A DNA stretch of 64,000 nt, from contig OY760142.1 in assembly GCA_963663225.1 (NCBI GenBank), positions 1,472,001 to 1,536,000 on the forward strand. The letters run 5' to 3'. This stretch comes from Nitrospirota bacterium. GTDB taxonomy: Bacteria; Nitrospirota; UBA9217. Made by a program: the position numbers and the translations under genes. This document shows positions 37,405 through 48,465 of the stretch, piece after piece (positions within the stretch are counted from its first letter, which is position 1; each line of letters begins with the position of its first letter). Below the pieces are notes generated by a model. That model saw only the letters and a program-made list of their open reading frames with translations, did no database searches and had not been told where the DNA came from.

Positions 37405-37681
37405 CCATTGCCTGGGCGCGGAAACACGAGCACGTTTCTCGCTGGTTCAAACTTGCAAATGAACTGTTTCCGCGTCCAGCTACCCTTTTTCTTTACAATT
37501 TTCTCCCCTCGATTATTCCCCGAAAAATTGGGTGACCATGCTTCTGCGCGGCCAGCAGGAAATGCATCTTTTTGTGACATGTTTTACCCCGGTTTGCCAA
37601 AATTTCTGGTTAGCCTTGTTTTTTTGTTTCCTGATGTATCCAGGTTGGTGTATAATTATGAAAAACGACGCAGGGGTGAGC

Positions 37682-38443
37682 ATGGCAACAAATACATCGC
37701 GGAAGAAACAAGACACGGTGACGAGATCGGACCAATTTTTATTGATTGTAGAAAGCGAGCCAGATAATCTCAATTACGTGTCCGCGCTTCTCACGCGGTT
37801 TAAGTACCAGACCCGTACTGCAGCAAGTGCTGCCGAAGCCTCGGCAATTATCGCAGAAACAGTACCGCCACTCGTAATTACATCGGCGTTTCTCCAGGAT
37901 ATGGACGGAGTGGAATTTATCAAACAACTGAAGAACGACCCGCGTACTGCCCACGTTCCCTGTATTGCATTAACCAGAGAAGGAGACCTGTACCAGGAAG
38001 CGCGCTGCTTTGAAGCAGGGGCAGCAGAATGCTTCTCCCACCCGATTTCCGCCGAACTGCTGTACAGGACCGTACAAGCCATAATCGAACCGACGCCACG
38101 CAAAAACATGCGGGTTCAGACTATGCATCCGGTGAAAGTGACCAATACGCCACGTGACGAGCGGGAAGGTATCTATACTCTGGATCTGTCGGAGCAGGGG
38201 ATGTTTGTCCGCACAGCTGAGCCCGCCCCTCTTCATACGCGGCTTTCCCTCCAGCTGGATCTTGAAGGTCAGACGATTCCGTTGGAGGCTGCTGTTTTGT
38301 ACCAGTGCAGAGGAGACGCAAACCCGTATCACGAACCAGGGATGGGATTGGGTTTTGTCCAGATAACACAAGAAGATCAGGAATATCTCCGAAAGTTCAT
38401 ACTGGAAGAAGTCATGCGGGGCATTCCTCACGGGCATGCATGA
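37682..38443 (+). CDS. Pseudo-receiver + PilZ protein 1
   Basis: REC fold (LIVES...LVITS...DMDG...HP) plus PilZ motifs RKNMR and DLSEQG; start uncertain (37658 or 37682). Confidence 0.85.
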   Translation: MATNTSRKKQDTVTRSDQFLLIVESEPDNLNYVSALLTRFKYQTRTAASAAEASAIIAETVPPLVITSAFLQDMDGVEFIKQLKNDPRTAHVPCIALTREGDLYQEARCFEAGAAECFSHPISAELLYRTVQAIIEPTPRKNMRVQTMHPVKVTNTPRDEREGIYTLDLSEQGMFVRTAEPAPLHTRLSLQLDLEGQTIPLEAAVLYQCRGDANPYHEPGMGLGFVQITQEDQEYLRKFILEEVMRGIPHGHA

Positions 38444-38523
38444 GAATACTACATAATCAGCCGGATACGATTGCATAAACTCCGGATTGCTGCAATGAAA
38501 CATGCTTCACAAGGGAGTCCATC

Positions 38524-39288
38524 TTGACTGACAACAAATCACAGAAGAAAACTCCGGGCAATCTTGATCGAAAAAGCCGTTTCCTGCTGGTGATAGACAG
38601 CAATGCCGAGAACGTTTCCCACTTATCCGCACTGCTTCGTCGTTTTAATTATCCGACATTCTGTGCTCCCACTGCAAAAGAGGCCCTTGAAATCGCGGCA
38701 ACCGCAGTTCCTCTCCTTATTCTTATTTCCCTCGACTGTTTAGAAATGGACGGCTATGATCTCATGCGGCGGTTTAGGGAATCCCCACAGACTGCCGCTG
38801 TTCCCTTAATTGCATTGAGCAAGCAGCAGGATAGGACTGTAAGAACACGGTGCCTGGATCTGGGAGCAGTCGGCTGCCTCTTTTATCCGATTTCCGCCGA
38901 AGCATTGTACCGGGTTGTCCAGGTTGCTATAGAAAAAAACCCGCGTTCCTGCATGCGTATTCAGACGAACCAGCCGGTAAAAGTAAATGATATAAAGCAT
39001 GACAGCCTGTATGGCGCATATACGCTGGATCTGTCAGAGCGCGGCATGTTCCTTCGAACGGCTAATCCCGCGTCTGCAAAAACGAAGCTTCCGCTTCAAC
39101 TTGACTTGAACGGCAGAATTATTAATACCGAGGGAGAAGTGCTCTACAGCTGCAAAGCGGGTGATGAGCCGTATAAAGAACCGGGGATCGGCCTTAAGTT
39201 CACCCAGCTTGAATCAAAAGACCGGGAATATCTCCGGAATTTTATCAGCGAAGAAGTTGCGCGAGATAAGGCAGAGGACGAAAAATAG
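38524..39288 (+). CDS. Pseudo-receiver + PilZ protein 2
   Basis: GGGAG RBS with TTG start; LVIDS...LILIS...EMDG...YP; RSCMR and DLSERG. Confidence 0.85.
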   Translation: MTDNKSQKKTPGNLDRKSRFLLVIDSNAENVSHLSALLRRFNYPTFCAPTAKEALEIAATAVPLLILISLDCLEMDGYDLMRRFRESPQTAAVPLIALSKQQDRTVRTRCLDLGAVGCLFYPISAEALYRVVQVAIEKNPRSCMRIQTNQPVKVNDIKHDSLYGAYTLDLSERGMFLRTANPASAKTKLPLQLDLNGRIINTEGEVLYSCKAGDEPYKEPGIGLKFTQLESKDREYLRNFISEEVARDKAEDEK

Positions 39289-39385
39289 CGAAATGGTTGC
39301 CTGTACTGTTGCTGGTACGCATGATTTTTGAAAATCCTGCTCGGCGAATCAGTTGTAAAAATCTGTTCATACGAGGGCTATAAGC

Positions 39386-40147
39386 ATGGCGAACTATGAT
39401 TCTGCCAAGCCTTTATACCGGCACACGCTTGGAAAACCTACCATCCTTGTTGTGGATGGCGACCTCAACAGCAGCTTTTACATGACCACCCTGCTGAAAC
39501 GGTTCAACTATGAGCCCTGCACGGCAAGAACCGTCGACGAAGCCCTCGACATGACGGTGAGCATGAAAATCTCTCTTCTCATCGTATCGTTGTCTTTAAG
39601 GAATATGGATGGCCCTGAGATCGTGCAGCGCTTTAAGACGAGTTCGGCAACTGAGACCATTCCTCTTCTTGGACTCTCGAGAAAAAACGATCCGGCCATG
39701 ATGCACTGTTGCATGCAAGCCGGGGCGGCTGATTGCCTTGTGCAGCCGGTTCCCGCTGAGCAACTGTACCGAACCGTCCAGAAGGCAACCGAAGCAAAAC
39801 CACGGAAGGACATCCGCATTCGGACGCTCCAACCGGTAAAAATAGGCCAATCGTTGCCCGAAACGTTTGAGGCCGCATGCATCCTTGATTTGTCGGAACG
39901 CGGGGTGTTTTTACATGCCATGAAACAACCCCCCGTAAACGCAACACTCTCTCTGCACATTGATCTGAATCACGTTATTATTCCGGTAGAGGCAGTGGTT
40001 GTATACAGTTATCAGGCTCCGGGCGGCCCCTCTCCGAGAGTGGGAATGGGGCTTGAGTTTGTAAAAATCGCCCCGGAAGACCAGGGATATATCCGGCAGT
40101 TTATCCGAGACGAAGTGACGCGGGGGATCGCACCTGTCAGTGCCTGA
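39386..40147 (+). CDS. Pseudo-receiver + PilZ protein 3
   Basis: LVVDG...LLIVS...NMDG...QP; RKDIR and DLSERG. Confidence 0.85.
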   Translation: MANYDSAKPLYRHTLGKPTILVVDGDLNSSFYMTTLLKRFNYEPCTARTVDEALDMTVSMKISLLIVSLSLRNMDGPEIVQRFKTSSATETIPLLGLSRKNDPAMMHCCMQAGAADCLVQPVPAEQLYRTVQKATEAKPRKDIRIRTLQPVKIGQSLPETFEAACILDLSERGVFLHAMKQPPVNATLSLHIDLNHVIIPVEAVVVYSYQAPGGPSPRVGMGLEFVKIAPEDQGYIRQFIRDEVTRGIAPVSA

Positions 40148-40215
40148 TAGACGGCTGCCTGAAACGCTGATGTTCTGTTAAAGCAATCCTCTTGCAGAAA
40201 TGAGGAAATACCCGG

Positions 40216-40800
40216 TTGCCGAATTCTTCCACAACATACTACGATGATGATGAATTACGCGAAGCGCTGACTCTGGTCAATTCGTACAGGACGCTTCACG
40301 AAATTTACGGGTTATTTTACGGCTGCATGGCTGCGGCAAAACGCGTGGATTCCTCGCAGTACCTGCCTCTGGTGTACGATGTGGACACCGAAGACAACAT
40401 ATCGGCGGAAAACAGCGAGAAGGTTCACAACAATCTCATATCTCTCTGGAATTTTGTCGCGCGCTGGAAGCCGCAGGATGAGCCATTTTCTTTTCCCGAT
40501 CAGGTCTATTCCGACACTGCCCAGGGGCTGCTTGAGCATGCGGCCGATGATATGGCGCTGATAGAATATTTTAAAAAAGGGCTTGAAATGGCAGGCATGC
40601 CTCAGTCGCCCGCGATTGCAACTGCGATGCGCGATCTTGATGCTGTTACAGGCCAACTACAGCATTATGCCGAAATGTATGAAGCCGTGGATCCGGAAGC
40701 GGAGGTAAAAAACCTAAAAGCATCTGAACAGAAATTTGAAGAACTGGAAGAGGCCATAGCCCGCAGCATAGCCAGAATAACCATGGTGAAAAAAAAATAG
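40216..40800 (+). CDS. UPF0149/YecA-like protein
   Basis: GAGGA RBS with TTG start; LHEIYGLFYGCMAA...SQYLPLV resembles the UPF0149 N-terminus. Confidence 0.55.
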   Translation: MPNSSTTYYDDDELREALTLVNSYRTLHEIYGLFYGCMAAAKRVDSSQYLPLVYDVDTEDNISAENSEKVHNNLISLWNFVARWKPQDEPFSFPDQVYSDTAQGLLEHAADDMALIEYFKKGLEMAGMPQSPAIATAMRDLDAVTGQLQHYAEMYEAVDPEAEVKNLKASEQKFEELEEAIARSIARITMVKKK

Positions 40801-40890
40801 TTTACCCGCCGCAGTCCATCCAGCATTTTCCCCCAAGACTGCATACTATTTCGTTTGGTATCGATAACGAGGTGCCGCGTTCTCTATCGG

Positions 40891-41670
40891 TTAATCACCG
40901 GGATTTTCACGCTGCGGCAGTATCGCATACAGAAGATATTCAACATTGCCGTCCTGGCCGGTGATCGGCGACTGAATAACACCTTGTATCTGGAGACCGC
41001 AATTACCTGCGAAATTTTTGATTCTGTCCACCACCTCGGTTCTCGCAGCCGCATCGCGCACGATACCGCCCTTTCCAACCCTGCCTTTTCCCACTTCAAA
41101 CTGGGGTTTTATGAGAGCAATGAGCTTTGATCCCGGTTTTAAAAAGTTTAAAACAGGCGGAAGCGTCTTTTCAAGAGAGGTGAACGAAACATCAATAACT
41201 GCCATATCAACGGGTTCGGGTATACGCGTTGGATCCATGAAACAGATGTTTGTCCGTTCTATTACGATTACTCGCGGATCCTGCCGCAGTTTCCATGCCA
41301 GCTGGCCATAGCCCACATCAACAGCATAGACTTTTCGCGCCCCGTGCTGGAGCAGGCAATCAGTAAAGCCGCCGGTTGAAGCTCCCACATCAAGGGCTGT
41401 TTTACCCTCGACAACTACGCTAAATTCACTCAAGGCCGCCTCGAGCTTTAACCCTCCGCGGCTTACGTAGGGCAGCCCTTTTCCCAGAAGACGGAGATCA
41501 GCGGTTTTCGATACCAGCGTACCGGCTTTGTCCAGTTTCCGGCCGTCTACAAGAACCAAACCTGCAAAAATGATAGCCTGCGCTTTTTCCCGGCTTTCCG
41601 CAATGCCGCGTTCCACAAGCATGCGGTCAAGGCGGAGTTTATCGGTTTTTTTATCCCCTGGTTTGGTCAT
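40891..41670 (-). CDS. tlyA: TlyA family rRNA methyltransferase
   Basis: S4 domain RLD...SREKAQ, YVSRGGLKL, DVGASTGGFTD, LIKPQFE. Confidence 0.95.
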   Translation of the reverse strand: MTKPGDKKTDKLRLDRMLVERGIAESREKAQAIIFAGLVLVDGRKLDKAGTLVSKTADLRLLGKGLPYVSRGGLKLEAALSEFSVVVEGKTALDVGASTGGFTDCLLQHGARKVYAVDVGYGQLAWKLRQDPRVIVIERTNICFMDPTRIPEPVDMAVIDVSFTSLEKTLPPVLNFLKPGSKLIALIKPQFEVGKGRVGKGGIVRDAAARTEVVDRIKNFAGNCGLQIQGVIQSPITGQDGNVEYLLYAILPQRENPGD

Positions 41671-41839
41671 GAGAAAGTAAACCACGCGACATACTGCCGT
41701 ATGGGTGAGCCTATCAGAAGCATGATGGTGTGTCAACGGACATTATAATAAGCTTTTTGTTGACGTATTTGTTGGTGCGGTCTAAACTATTCACATATGC
41801 AGACGTCTAATCTGACAGCGAGAGCGGGAGGTCCGGAAT

Positions 41840-42178
41840 ATGAAGAAAAATCATGTCTTGTGCTTCTTTGTCTTGGTAGTAACAATTCTCTTGTGCAGCA
41901 CGGTTTTTGCTGATTCTTTCAGCTGCCCTGGCGGGATTATTTCCGATGGCGACAAAAGCCCTGACGTTTTCGCAAAATGCGGGCCGCCGGATTTCCGGGA
42001 TTCCCATCAGGAAGAAGTAAGTCAACGGGTCGATTCGGACACGAAAAAAACAATTTATATTGCAGTGGAAGAATGGACGTATAACCTCGGGCCGAATCAG
42101 CTCATGCGGATTGTTGTTCTGAAAAACGGGACGGTTGCAGAAATCCGGACCGGTAAATACGGATATGCAAAACCGTAA
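41840..42178 (+). CDS. DUF2845-like secreted protein
   Basis: Signal peptide, FSC...ISDGD...KCGPP...VEEWTYNLGP. Confidence 0.8.
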   Translation: MKKNHVLCFFVLVVTILLCSTVFADSFSCPGGIISDGDKSPDVFAKCGPPDFRDSHQEEVSQRVDSDTKKTIYIAVEEWTYNLGPNQLMRIVVLKNGTVAEIRTGKYGYAKP

Positions 42179-42254
42179 CAATGAAGCCGCCCGGTATGAT
42201 GCCGGACGGCCATGAACAGTTTATAAATTATAACGGGCCGCGCGCAAACGCCGA

Positions 42255-44183
42255 CTATACATCCCGTTGCTTTCGGTTTGCCATCGGTGCCACTGCTTTC
42301 AGGCGGGATGTTTCCAGGAAGCCTTTCAAGGAAGCATAAATTCCTTCCGCATCAAGGCCGTATTTTTGTCTCAGAACCTTCTGAGGTCCGTGCTCGATAT
42401 AACTGTCCGGAAGTCCTATACGCAGTGTTTTTATTCCGGTTAACTTCAGTGCATCGAGACATTCCAGTACGGCGCTCCCGAAACCACCGAAAAGTGCGTG
42501 TTCTTCAACGGTCACGATGCGGCCGGTTTTTCGGGCCATCCGGAGTATCATCTCTTCGTCAAGCGGTTTTGCGAAGCGTGCATTTACTACAGCAACTGAA
42601 ATTCCTTCTGCTGCAAGCCGTTTCGCAGCATCAAGCGCGGGAAGTACCATATTGCCGATTGCGATGATTGCGGCATCCGTGCCGTCCAGAAGGATTTCCG
42701 ATTTTCCGATTTCTAAGACTTTCAGGTCCTGGTCCATGGGTACGCCGAACCCGGCGCCGCGGGGATAGCGGACCGCGGACGGGCCCGGCCATTCGGCTGC
42801 GGTTTTGATCATATGCTGGAGTTCGTTTTCGTCCTTAGGAGACATCAGGATCATGTTGGGAACATGGCGCAGATAGGCGATGTCAAACACGCCGTGGTGT
42901 GTCGGGCCGTCTTCTCCCACAAGCCCTGCGCGGTCGAGAGCAAGCGTTACCGGAAGATTTTGAAGACAAAGATCATGCACGATCTGGTCATAAGCGCGCT
43001 GGGTAAACGTTGAATAGATGGCCGCCACGGGGTGCAGTCCCTCCGCGGCAATTCCGCACGCGAACGTCACACCGTGGGATTCGGCCAGGCCGACATCAAA
43101 AAAGCGGTTCGGAAATTTCTCAGCGAATTTGTCAAGCCCGGTGCCGTCCGACATTGCTGCAGAAATAGCGACAATGTTATTGTTCTCTTCTGCCAGCCGG
43201 AGCATGGTTTGCCCGAAAACAGCAGTATAGCTGAGGACCGGCTGTGCCGGTTTTTTTGCCACAAGCTCGCCCGTCTCCGGATCGAAAGGCGGTGTACCAT
43301 GGTACTGAGACGGCTCGCACTCTGCGAAGTCGCATCCCTTTCCTTTCTTTGTAATTACATGCACGAGGACAGGCCATTCGATATTTTTGGCATTTTTAAA
43401 CATCTCAAGCAGATTGTCGATATTGTGTCCGTCAATCGGGCCGATATACTGAAAACCGAGCTCCTCGAAAAGGATGCCGGGTACGAGCAGTCCTTTGAGG
43501 GATTCCTCGGCTTTTTTGGCGAAATTGAACATGGACTCACCGACTCGAGGGATTCCCTGAAGAAAATTTTTTGTTTCGACGCGAAGCTTCGTGTAAAACT
43601 GTCCGGACATGAGCCTGCTGAGATACGAGGACAGAGCACCGACGTTGTGGTTGATCGACATTTCGTTGTCATTCAGCACAACAATCATTTTTCTCTGCAG
43701 GTCTCCGGCCTGGTTAAGTCCTTCAAAAGCGAGGCCGGCAGAGATGGACCCGTCGCCGATGACGGCGATCACATGGTAATCTTCCCCTTTGATGTCGCGC
43801 GAGACAGCCATGCCGAGCGCCGCAGAAATGGACGTGCTTGAATGGCCCACGCCGAAATGATCACACGGGCTTTCTGCGCGCTTGGGGAACCCGCTCAAAC
43901 CGTCGTGTTGCCTTATCGTACGAAACTGGGCCCGCCTGCCGGTAAGAATCTTGTGGGCGTATGCCTGGTGCCCGACGTCCCAGACAATGCGGTCTTTCGG
44001 TGTGTTAAAAGCGTAGTGCAGGGCGATCGTCAAATCGACCACACCGAGACTGGATGCCAGATGGCCGCCGGTCTTTGATATGACATCGATGATTTCCTGC
44101 CTGACTTCCTTTGCAAGTTCCGGAAGGTCTTTCTGGGGAAGAGCTCTCAAGTCTTTTGCGTCTTTGATTGAATCCAGTAACAT
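42255..44183 (-). CDS. dxs: 1-deoxy-D-xylulose-5-phosphate synthase
   Basis: [40 protein letters not shown]. Confidence 0.98.
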   Translation of the reverse strand: MLLDSIKDAKDLRALPQKDLPELAKEVRQEIIDVISKTGGHLASSLGVVDLTIALHYAFNTPKDRIVWDVGHQAYAHKILTGRRAQFRTIRQHDGLSGFPKRAESPCDHFGVGHSSTSISAALGMAVSRDIKGEDYHVIAVIGDGSISAGLAFEGLNQAGDLQRKMIVVLNDNEMSINHNVGALSSYLSRLMSGQFYTKLRVETKNFLQGIPRVGESMFNFAKKAEESLKGLLVPGILFEELGFQYIGPIDGHNIDNLLEMFKNAKNIEWPVLVHVITKKGKGCDFAECEPSQYHGTPPFDPETGELVAKKPAQPVLSYTAVFGQTMLRLAEENNNIVAISAAMSDGTGLDKFAEKFPNRFFDVGLAESHGVTFACGIAAEGLHPVAAIYSTFTQRAYDQIVHDLCLQNLPVTLALDRAGLVGEDGPTHHGVFDIAYLRHVPNMILMSPKDENELQHMIKTAAEWPGPSAVRYPRGAGFGVPMDQDLKVLEIGKSEILLDGTDAAIIAIGNMVLPALDAAKRLAAEGISVAVVNARFAKPLDEEMILRMARKTGRIVTVEEHALFGGFGSAVLECLDALKLTGIKTLRIGLPDSYIEHGPQKVLRQKYGLDAEGIYASLKGFLETSRLKAVAPMANRKQRDV

Positions 44184-44291
44184 GAATACCTCGTGAACAG
44201 TTTCCGGCCGCCAAATAATTAGATTCCTGCGCAGGCCGATGTTATCAATCCCGAAACAGTGCCGGCAGCAGCTGCAGCTCGATAAAGAAGA

Positions 44292-45182
44292 TTAGTTTAC
44301 ACGGTTAATAATGTATTTTGCCAGTTCCCGCAAGGGGTCGGCCTTGCGGTCAAAATCTCTCAGTGAGAGAATTGCTTTGTCTACCACTTCCACTGCCCTG
44401 CGCCGTGATTCTTCAAGGCCGTAAAAGCTCGGGTAGGTTTTTTTGTCCTTTTTAAGGTCGCTCCCGACATCTTTCCCGATTTCCTCCTGCGTGCCGGTGA
44501 TGTCCAGAATATCGTCGGCGATCTGAAATGCGAGGCCGATCAACTCACCGTAGCGGGTTAATGCGGCAAGTTGACGTTTTCCGGCTCTCGCATAAAGCGC
44601 ACCAACCCGTACTGATGCACGGATGAGAGTCCCGGTTTTGTGCGTATGGATATATTCGAGTGTCGGAAGATCGACGTCCTTGCCTTCTGACTCCATATCC
44701 ACCACCTGGCCTCCCACCATGCCGAAGACGCCTGCAGCGGTTGCAATTTCTTTTGCAACAATCAAAAGCCTGTTTGCAGGGACAGTCTTGGTTCTCCGTG
44801 GATCAGTCAAAACCTCGAACGCCATGTTTAACAGGCCGTCGCCAGCAAGGATGGCGATGGCTTCACCATATACTTTGTGACAGGTTGGCCTTCCCCGCCG
44901 GAAATCATCATTGTCCATCGCCGGAAGATCGTCGTGAATCAGAGAATAAGTGTGAATAAGCTCCAGGGCGCCTGCAAGAGGAAGCACGCCGGCTGTTTTG
45001 CCGCCCAGTGCCTCGGATGCCGCGATCGCAAGGATGGGCCGAACGCGCTTGCCGCCTGCGAACAGGCTGTAACGCATTGCCTCGTGCACGGAAGAGGGGA
45101 AAGTCTTTGAAGGCGGCATCAGCTTGTCGAGCACCTTATCTACACTGTTTTTTCTCTGAGAAAGATATGTTTTTATGTCCAT
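44292..45182 (-). CDS. ispA: Farnesyl/geranylgeranyl diphosphate synthase
   Basis: GGKRVRP, HDDLPAMD.DD.RRG, FQIADDILD. Confidence 0.95.
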   Translation of the reverse strand: MDIKTYLSQRKNSVDKVLDKLMPPSKTFPSSVHEAMRYSLFAGGKRVRPILAIAASEALGGKTAGVLPLAGALELIHTYSLIHDDLPAMDNDDFRRGRPTCHKVYGEAIAILAGDGLLNMAFEVLTDPRRTKTVPANRLLIVAKEIATAAGVFGMVGGQVVDMESEGKDVDLPTLEYIHTHKTGTLIRASVRVGALYARAGKRQLAALTRYGELIGLAFQIADDILDITGTQEEIGKDVGSDLKKDKKTYPSFYGLEESRRRAVEVVDKAILSLRDFDRKADPLRELAKYIINRVN

Positions 45183-45203
45183 GGCTAAAATTTGAACCGT
45201 CCT

Positions 45204-45434
45204 CTACTCGTTTTCATCTTCAAAAGGTTTTACCGTCAGTTTTCCCGATGAGTCTTTCAGCAGGATTTCCACCTTTCGCTCCGCTTCTTCGAGCCGCTTG
45301 CTGCAGATGCGGGAAAGCTTGATCCCTTCCTCAAAGAACTTCAGAGACTGTTCAAGCGGAAGGTCTCCCTTCTCAAGTTCCTGTACAATCTCTTCCAAGC
45401 GCGCAAGCGCAACCTCAAACTTTTTTTCTGCCAT
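45204..45434 (-). CDS. xseB: Exodeoxyribonuclease VII small subunit
   Basis: FEVALARLEEIVQELEKGDLPLEQSL..FEEG. Confidence 0.95.
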   Translation of the reverse strand: MAEKKFEVALARLEEIVQELEKGDLPLEQSLKFFEEGIKLSRICSKRLEEAERKVEILLKDSSGKLTVKPFEDENE

Positions 45435-45730
45435 GAGGCTTATACTCTCCGAAGCATGTCCTCTGATAGTTGTTTCGCGTTCTGCAAGCTTTAATTATAT
45501 CCGGATATGCCGGTGAAAATCAAGGCAAAATGATTGCATAAGGCAGGACAGGCAGTATTGCGAGAATATTCCACGGTTCCAGTTTCTGGCATGAAGGTTC
45601 GCTCAGAGGGGTATATTCGCGCTGTTCCAGGAGAAAAATCAGGGGTACACAAAACAATCCGTCGCAAGTCGGTCAGGTGAAAAAACGGGATGCTGTTCCT
45701 CCAGTTGAGAAATAGTTGCTGACTCGCTGA

Positions 45731-46330
45731 TTAAACCCCAGTGCGGCGTTTTTTTCTCATCCATAACTGATACAGCACGAAAACGGCGACAACAGCAATA
45801 GAAACGCCTCCCAGAATATTGTGAATTACAGCTGTTTGGCGTTTCCATTCTTCGCCCAGAAAGTAACCCAGAGAAATATACAATACCGTCCAGATAAGTG
45901 TGCCTGAGAATGAAAAAAAAGCAAATTCCGTAAAAGACATTCTCGATGTCCCTGCGACGATTGGCGCCAGGTGCCGTATACCGGGAAGAAAATTGGAAAA
46001 CAACAGCCCCCATTTTCCTGCGTGGCCGAACCAGGCGCGTATTTTCGTCAACTGCTCCGGGTTCAGGCGCAGCCGGCCGGCATATTTATGTACAAAATAG
46101 AAACCCATTGCCCTGCCTAATAGATAATTGACCGTCATGCCGAATATGCAACCGAAGTATGCAGCGGTGACCGTGGGCAGAGGGAGAAGTTTACCTGAAT
46201 AAATAAAATAGCCAAGATAGCCGAGAAGCAAGTCATTCGGGACTGGAGCACCGATGACTCCACCGGCAAATACGCCAAAAATGATGCCATAGCCGTGAAG
46301 AGCGATCCAGTGAGCAATAGCCTGTATCAT
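45731..46330 (-). CDS. DedA family membrane protein
   Basis: GAPVPNDLLL...FLPGIRH...AG..M pattern. Confidence 0.88.
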   Translation of the reverse strand: MIQAIAHWIALHGYGIIFGVFAGGVIGAPVPNDLLLGYLGYFIYSGKLLPLPTVTAAYFGCIFGMTVNYLLGRAMGFYFVHKYAGRLRLNPEQLTKIRAWFGHAGKWGLLFSNFLPGIRHLAPIVAGTSRMSFTEFAFFSFSGTLIWTVLYISLGYFLGEEWKRQTAVIHNILGGVSIAVVAVFVLYQLWMRKKRRTGV

Positions 46331-46400
46331 GTATTTATTTTAACAGAAGGCAATAGTTTTACAGTGGTTTTTTTCAGAAAACGATTTGACATGCAGACGG

Positions 46401-46949
46401 CTAGCGTTGGGGAGATTTTTTTCGGTTCATGGCTTTGCCGAGGTATTTGTTGACAGGGTTTGAACGGTCAAGAAAAGATACAATCGGTTTTTTTCTTGCA
46501 CCGAGGCTTCTGAGTTCTTTCTTGATCGCTGTATGGAGAGGATCATAATGGAGTCCCTGGTAGAAAGCAGCAACCGCATTCTTTTTTTTGCCTGCAGCCA
46601 CGTAGGCCTTCCCAAGGTTGAGGTAGAGGACCGGGAACAGCAGCTCTTTGCCGACCACACCGGCATTTTTCTGCACCATTGAAATGGCTTTGGTGCAATT
46701 GTCCACCCCGCTTCTATGTTTCTTGTCGACGCTGGCCTGCAGGCTGCCATAGAATGAAATGACGAACGGATCATCCGGACACATTACCATGGCACGCTGT
46801 ATAACAGCATATGCACTTTTCTTGTTCCCTTTCAGGAGGTAGCCGTTTACCGTCCGGATGTATTCAATCGGTTTTAGCTCCCGAACTCGTTCATTCGGAT
46901 CGTCTCCTGCAGCGTCTTTTGTCCGTTTCGGTTCAGGTAAGTCATCCAT
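46401..46949 (-). CDS. TPR-repeat hypothetical protein
   Basis: LYLNLGKAYVAAGKKKNAVAAFYQGL TPR; start uncertain. Confidence 0.7.
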   Translation of the reverse strand: MDDLPEPKRTKDAAGDDPNERVRELKPIEYIRTVNGYLLKGNKKSAYAVIQRAMVMCPDDPFVISFYGSLQASVDKKHRSGVDNCTKAISMVQKNAGVVGKELLFPVLYLNLGKAYVAAGKKKNAVAAFYQGLHYDPLHTAIKKELRSLGARKKPIVSFLDRSNPVNKYLGKAMNRKKSPQR

Positions 46950-47227
46950 GATTTGCATCTCCGCTTTCGATAGAAAGTTTGATAACAAGCTCCGGGGAAC
47001 TCCGGGCCTTGCTGTGCACATGCTTCAACGTATATTTTTCAGTCATAATAGCAGAAATATCGAAAAGAATTTGTGATTTTGCTCACACGATTTTTTTTGT
47101 TTTCGTCAGCCAGTATGAGCCAATATAAATGCGCTTGCCAGTTGAACCATAACAGATAAGTCTTTACCGGCGAACCGCTCCGGCACAAAATACTTGTTGT
47201 GTTATTGTAAAATATACCTTCGGAAGT

Positions 47228-48196
47228 TCACCATAACTTCGGCAGTTTTTCTATGAGTATGCCAGCACCGATGCGCCTGCTATATCGGTTATAGTCGATA
47301 AGACTGAGGCCATAGCCATCGAAGTATTGAACAAAAAATTTTAAATCGTTTTTAAGCGGTATGGTAAGGTTCAGTTGGGTTGAGCCAAAGTTTGAACGCT
47401 CTCGTAGATTGTTACGCACAGTAAGAAAGAGGTCTGCTCTGGTTGTTCGGTATCCTGCCGTTAGTTCTCCATAACCCATATAGCGGGTAATATCGGGATT
47501 ATCATCGCCGTGTGCATCTGCAGGAGATGATTTCGAGCGTTCGGGAATACGGTACCATGGTTTCAGGATCAGGATAAGATGTTCCCACTCCAGAACAATC
47601 TCTCCATATATGCGGTTCCAGCTCCGTGAGTCAGATCCTCCCTGACCGTTCGACTCATGAATCACGCTGTATTTTGTCCATATTTTCCCCAATCCGAGAA
47701 CCGAAGGACTGTAACTGAACGTCGCCATGAGTTCCGGCGCATAGTTCGTTTCGCGGAAAGGAGAGGAACCATTGCTATTGAACGCCTGCCAAAAGGAAAC
47801 TTGTGTATAGCCGAAGGCGAGGTTGCCATCTGTCCAGGGGATGGCTGTAATCGGGATCTTGAAGCTTAATTGAAACTGCAATTCCCAATCCTGATTTGCC
47901 CGGTCGCCCCGGCTCAGCGTCCGGTCATATGCCGCAATTGCGTACAGAGGCTTATAGGGGCGCAGGAAAAAGTAGTCGGTCTTTTCAGGCGCCGTGGCGG
48001 TAGAATTGCTGCATACAGAAGCGGTTACGGCCGGTGCTGAAAAAAGAGTACCGCCTGCCGTGCTTTTTGCAGAGGTGGTTTCCAGCAACTCTTCCGCAAG
48101 AGACGGTGAATGAAGCAGTAAAGCGAACGCCAACACCGAAACCAGTAACATAAATCCGGAGCAGCGCCCTTGCAGAAAGAAAGATTTGAAAAACAT
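47228..48196 (-). CDS. pldA: Outer-membrane phospholipase A
   Basis: FQLSFK, SSPFRETNY.PE, HESNGQ...SRSWNR catalytic motif, GYG.SLIDYN. Confidence 0.93.
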   Translation of the reverse strand: MFFKSFFLQGRCSGFMLLVSVLAFALLLHSPSLAEELLETTSAKSTAGGTLFSAPAVTASVCSNSTATAPEKTDYFFLRPYKPLYAIAAYDRTLSRGDRANQDWELQFQLSFKIPITAIPWTDGNLAFGYTQVSFWQAFNSNGSSPFRETNYAPELMATFSYSPSVLGLGKIWTKYSVIHESNGQGGSDSRSWNRIYGEIVLEWEHLILILKPWYRIPERSKSSPADAHGDDNPDITRYMGYGELTAGYRTTRADLFLTVRNNLRERSNFGSTQLNLTIPLKNDLKFFVQYFDGYGLSLIDYNRYSRRIGAGILIEKLPKLW

Positions 48197-48465
48197 TTAC
48201 CCTCCTTGCTTCAGAATCCATATCACTCACAAATTGATAATTGCTCTTCCCTAGATTAATTACGACAAGGCAAAACCTATGCCGCAGGGTGAGAAACGCC
48301 GGTTCTCTTTTGCAAGTATGGCCGCAAACATGAGGAATAGTCAAGATCTAAGGAACGCATATACACAAAAAGCGGTGCGTGCCTTGCAGGGGAACTAAAT
48401 TTTATCCGGATTTGTCTCTCCTCCCGGCACTTTTACGCTTGAAATCGCCCTATTATTCTGATAGT

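Noticed and set aside
45204-45730. xseB without an adjacent xseA
   Set aside because: Split xseA/xseB is common (xseB-ispA-dxs is a standard operon), and no xseA remnant was seen.
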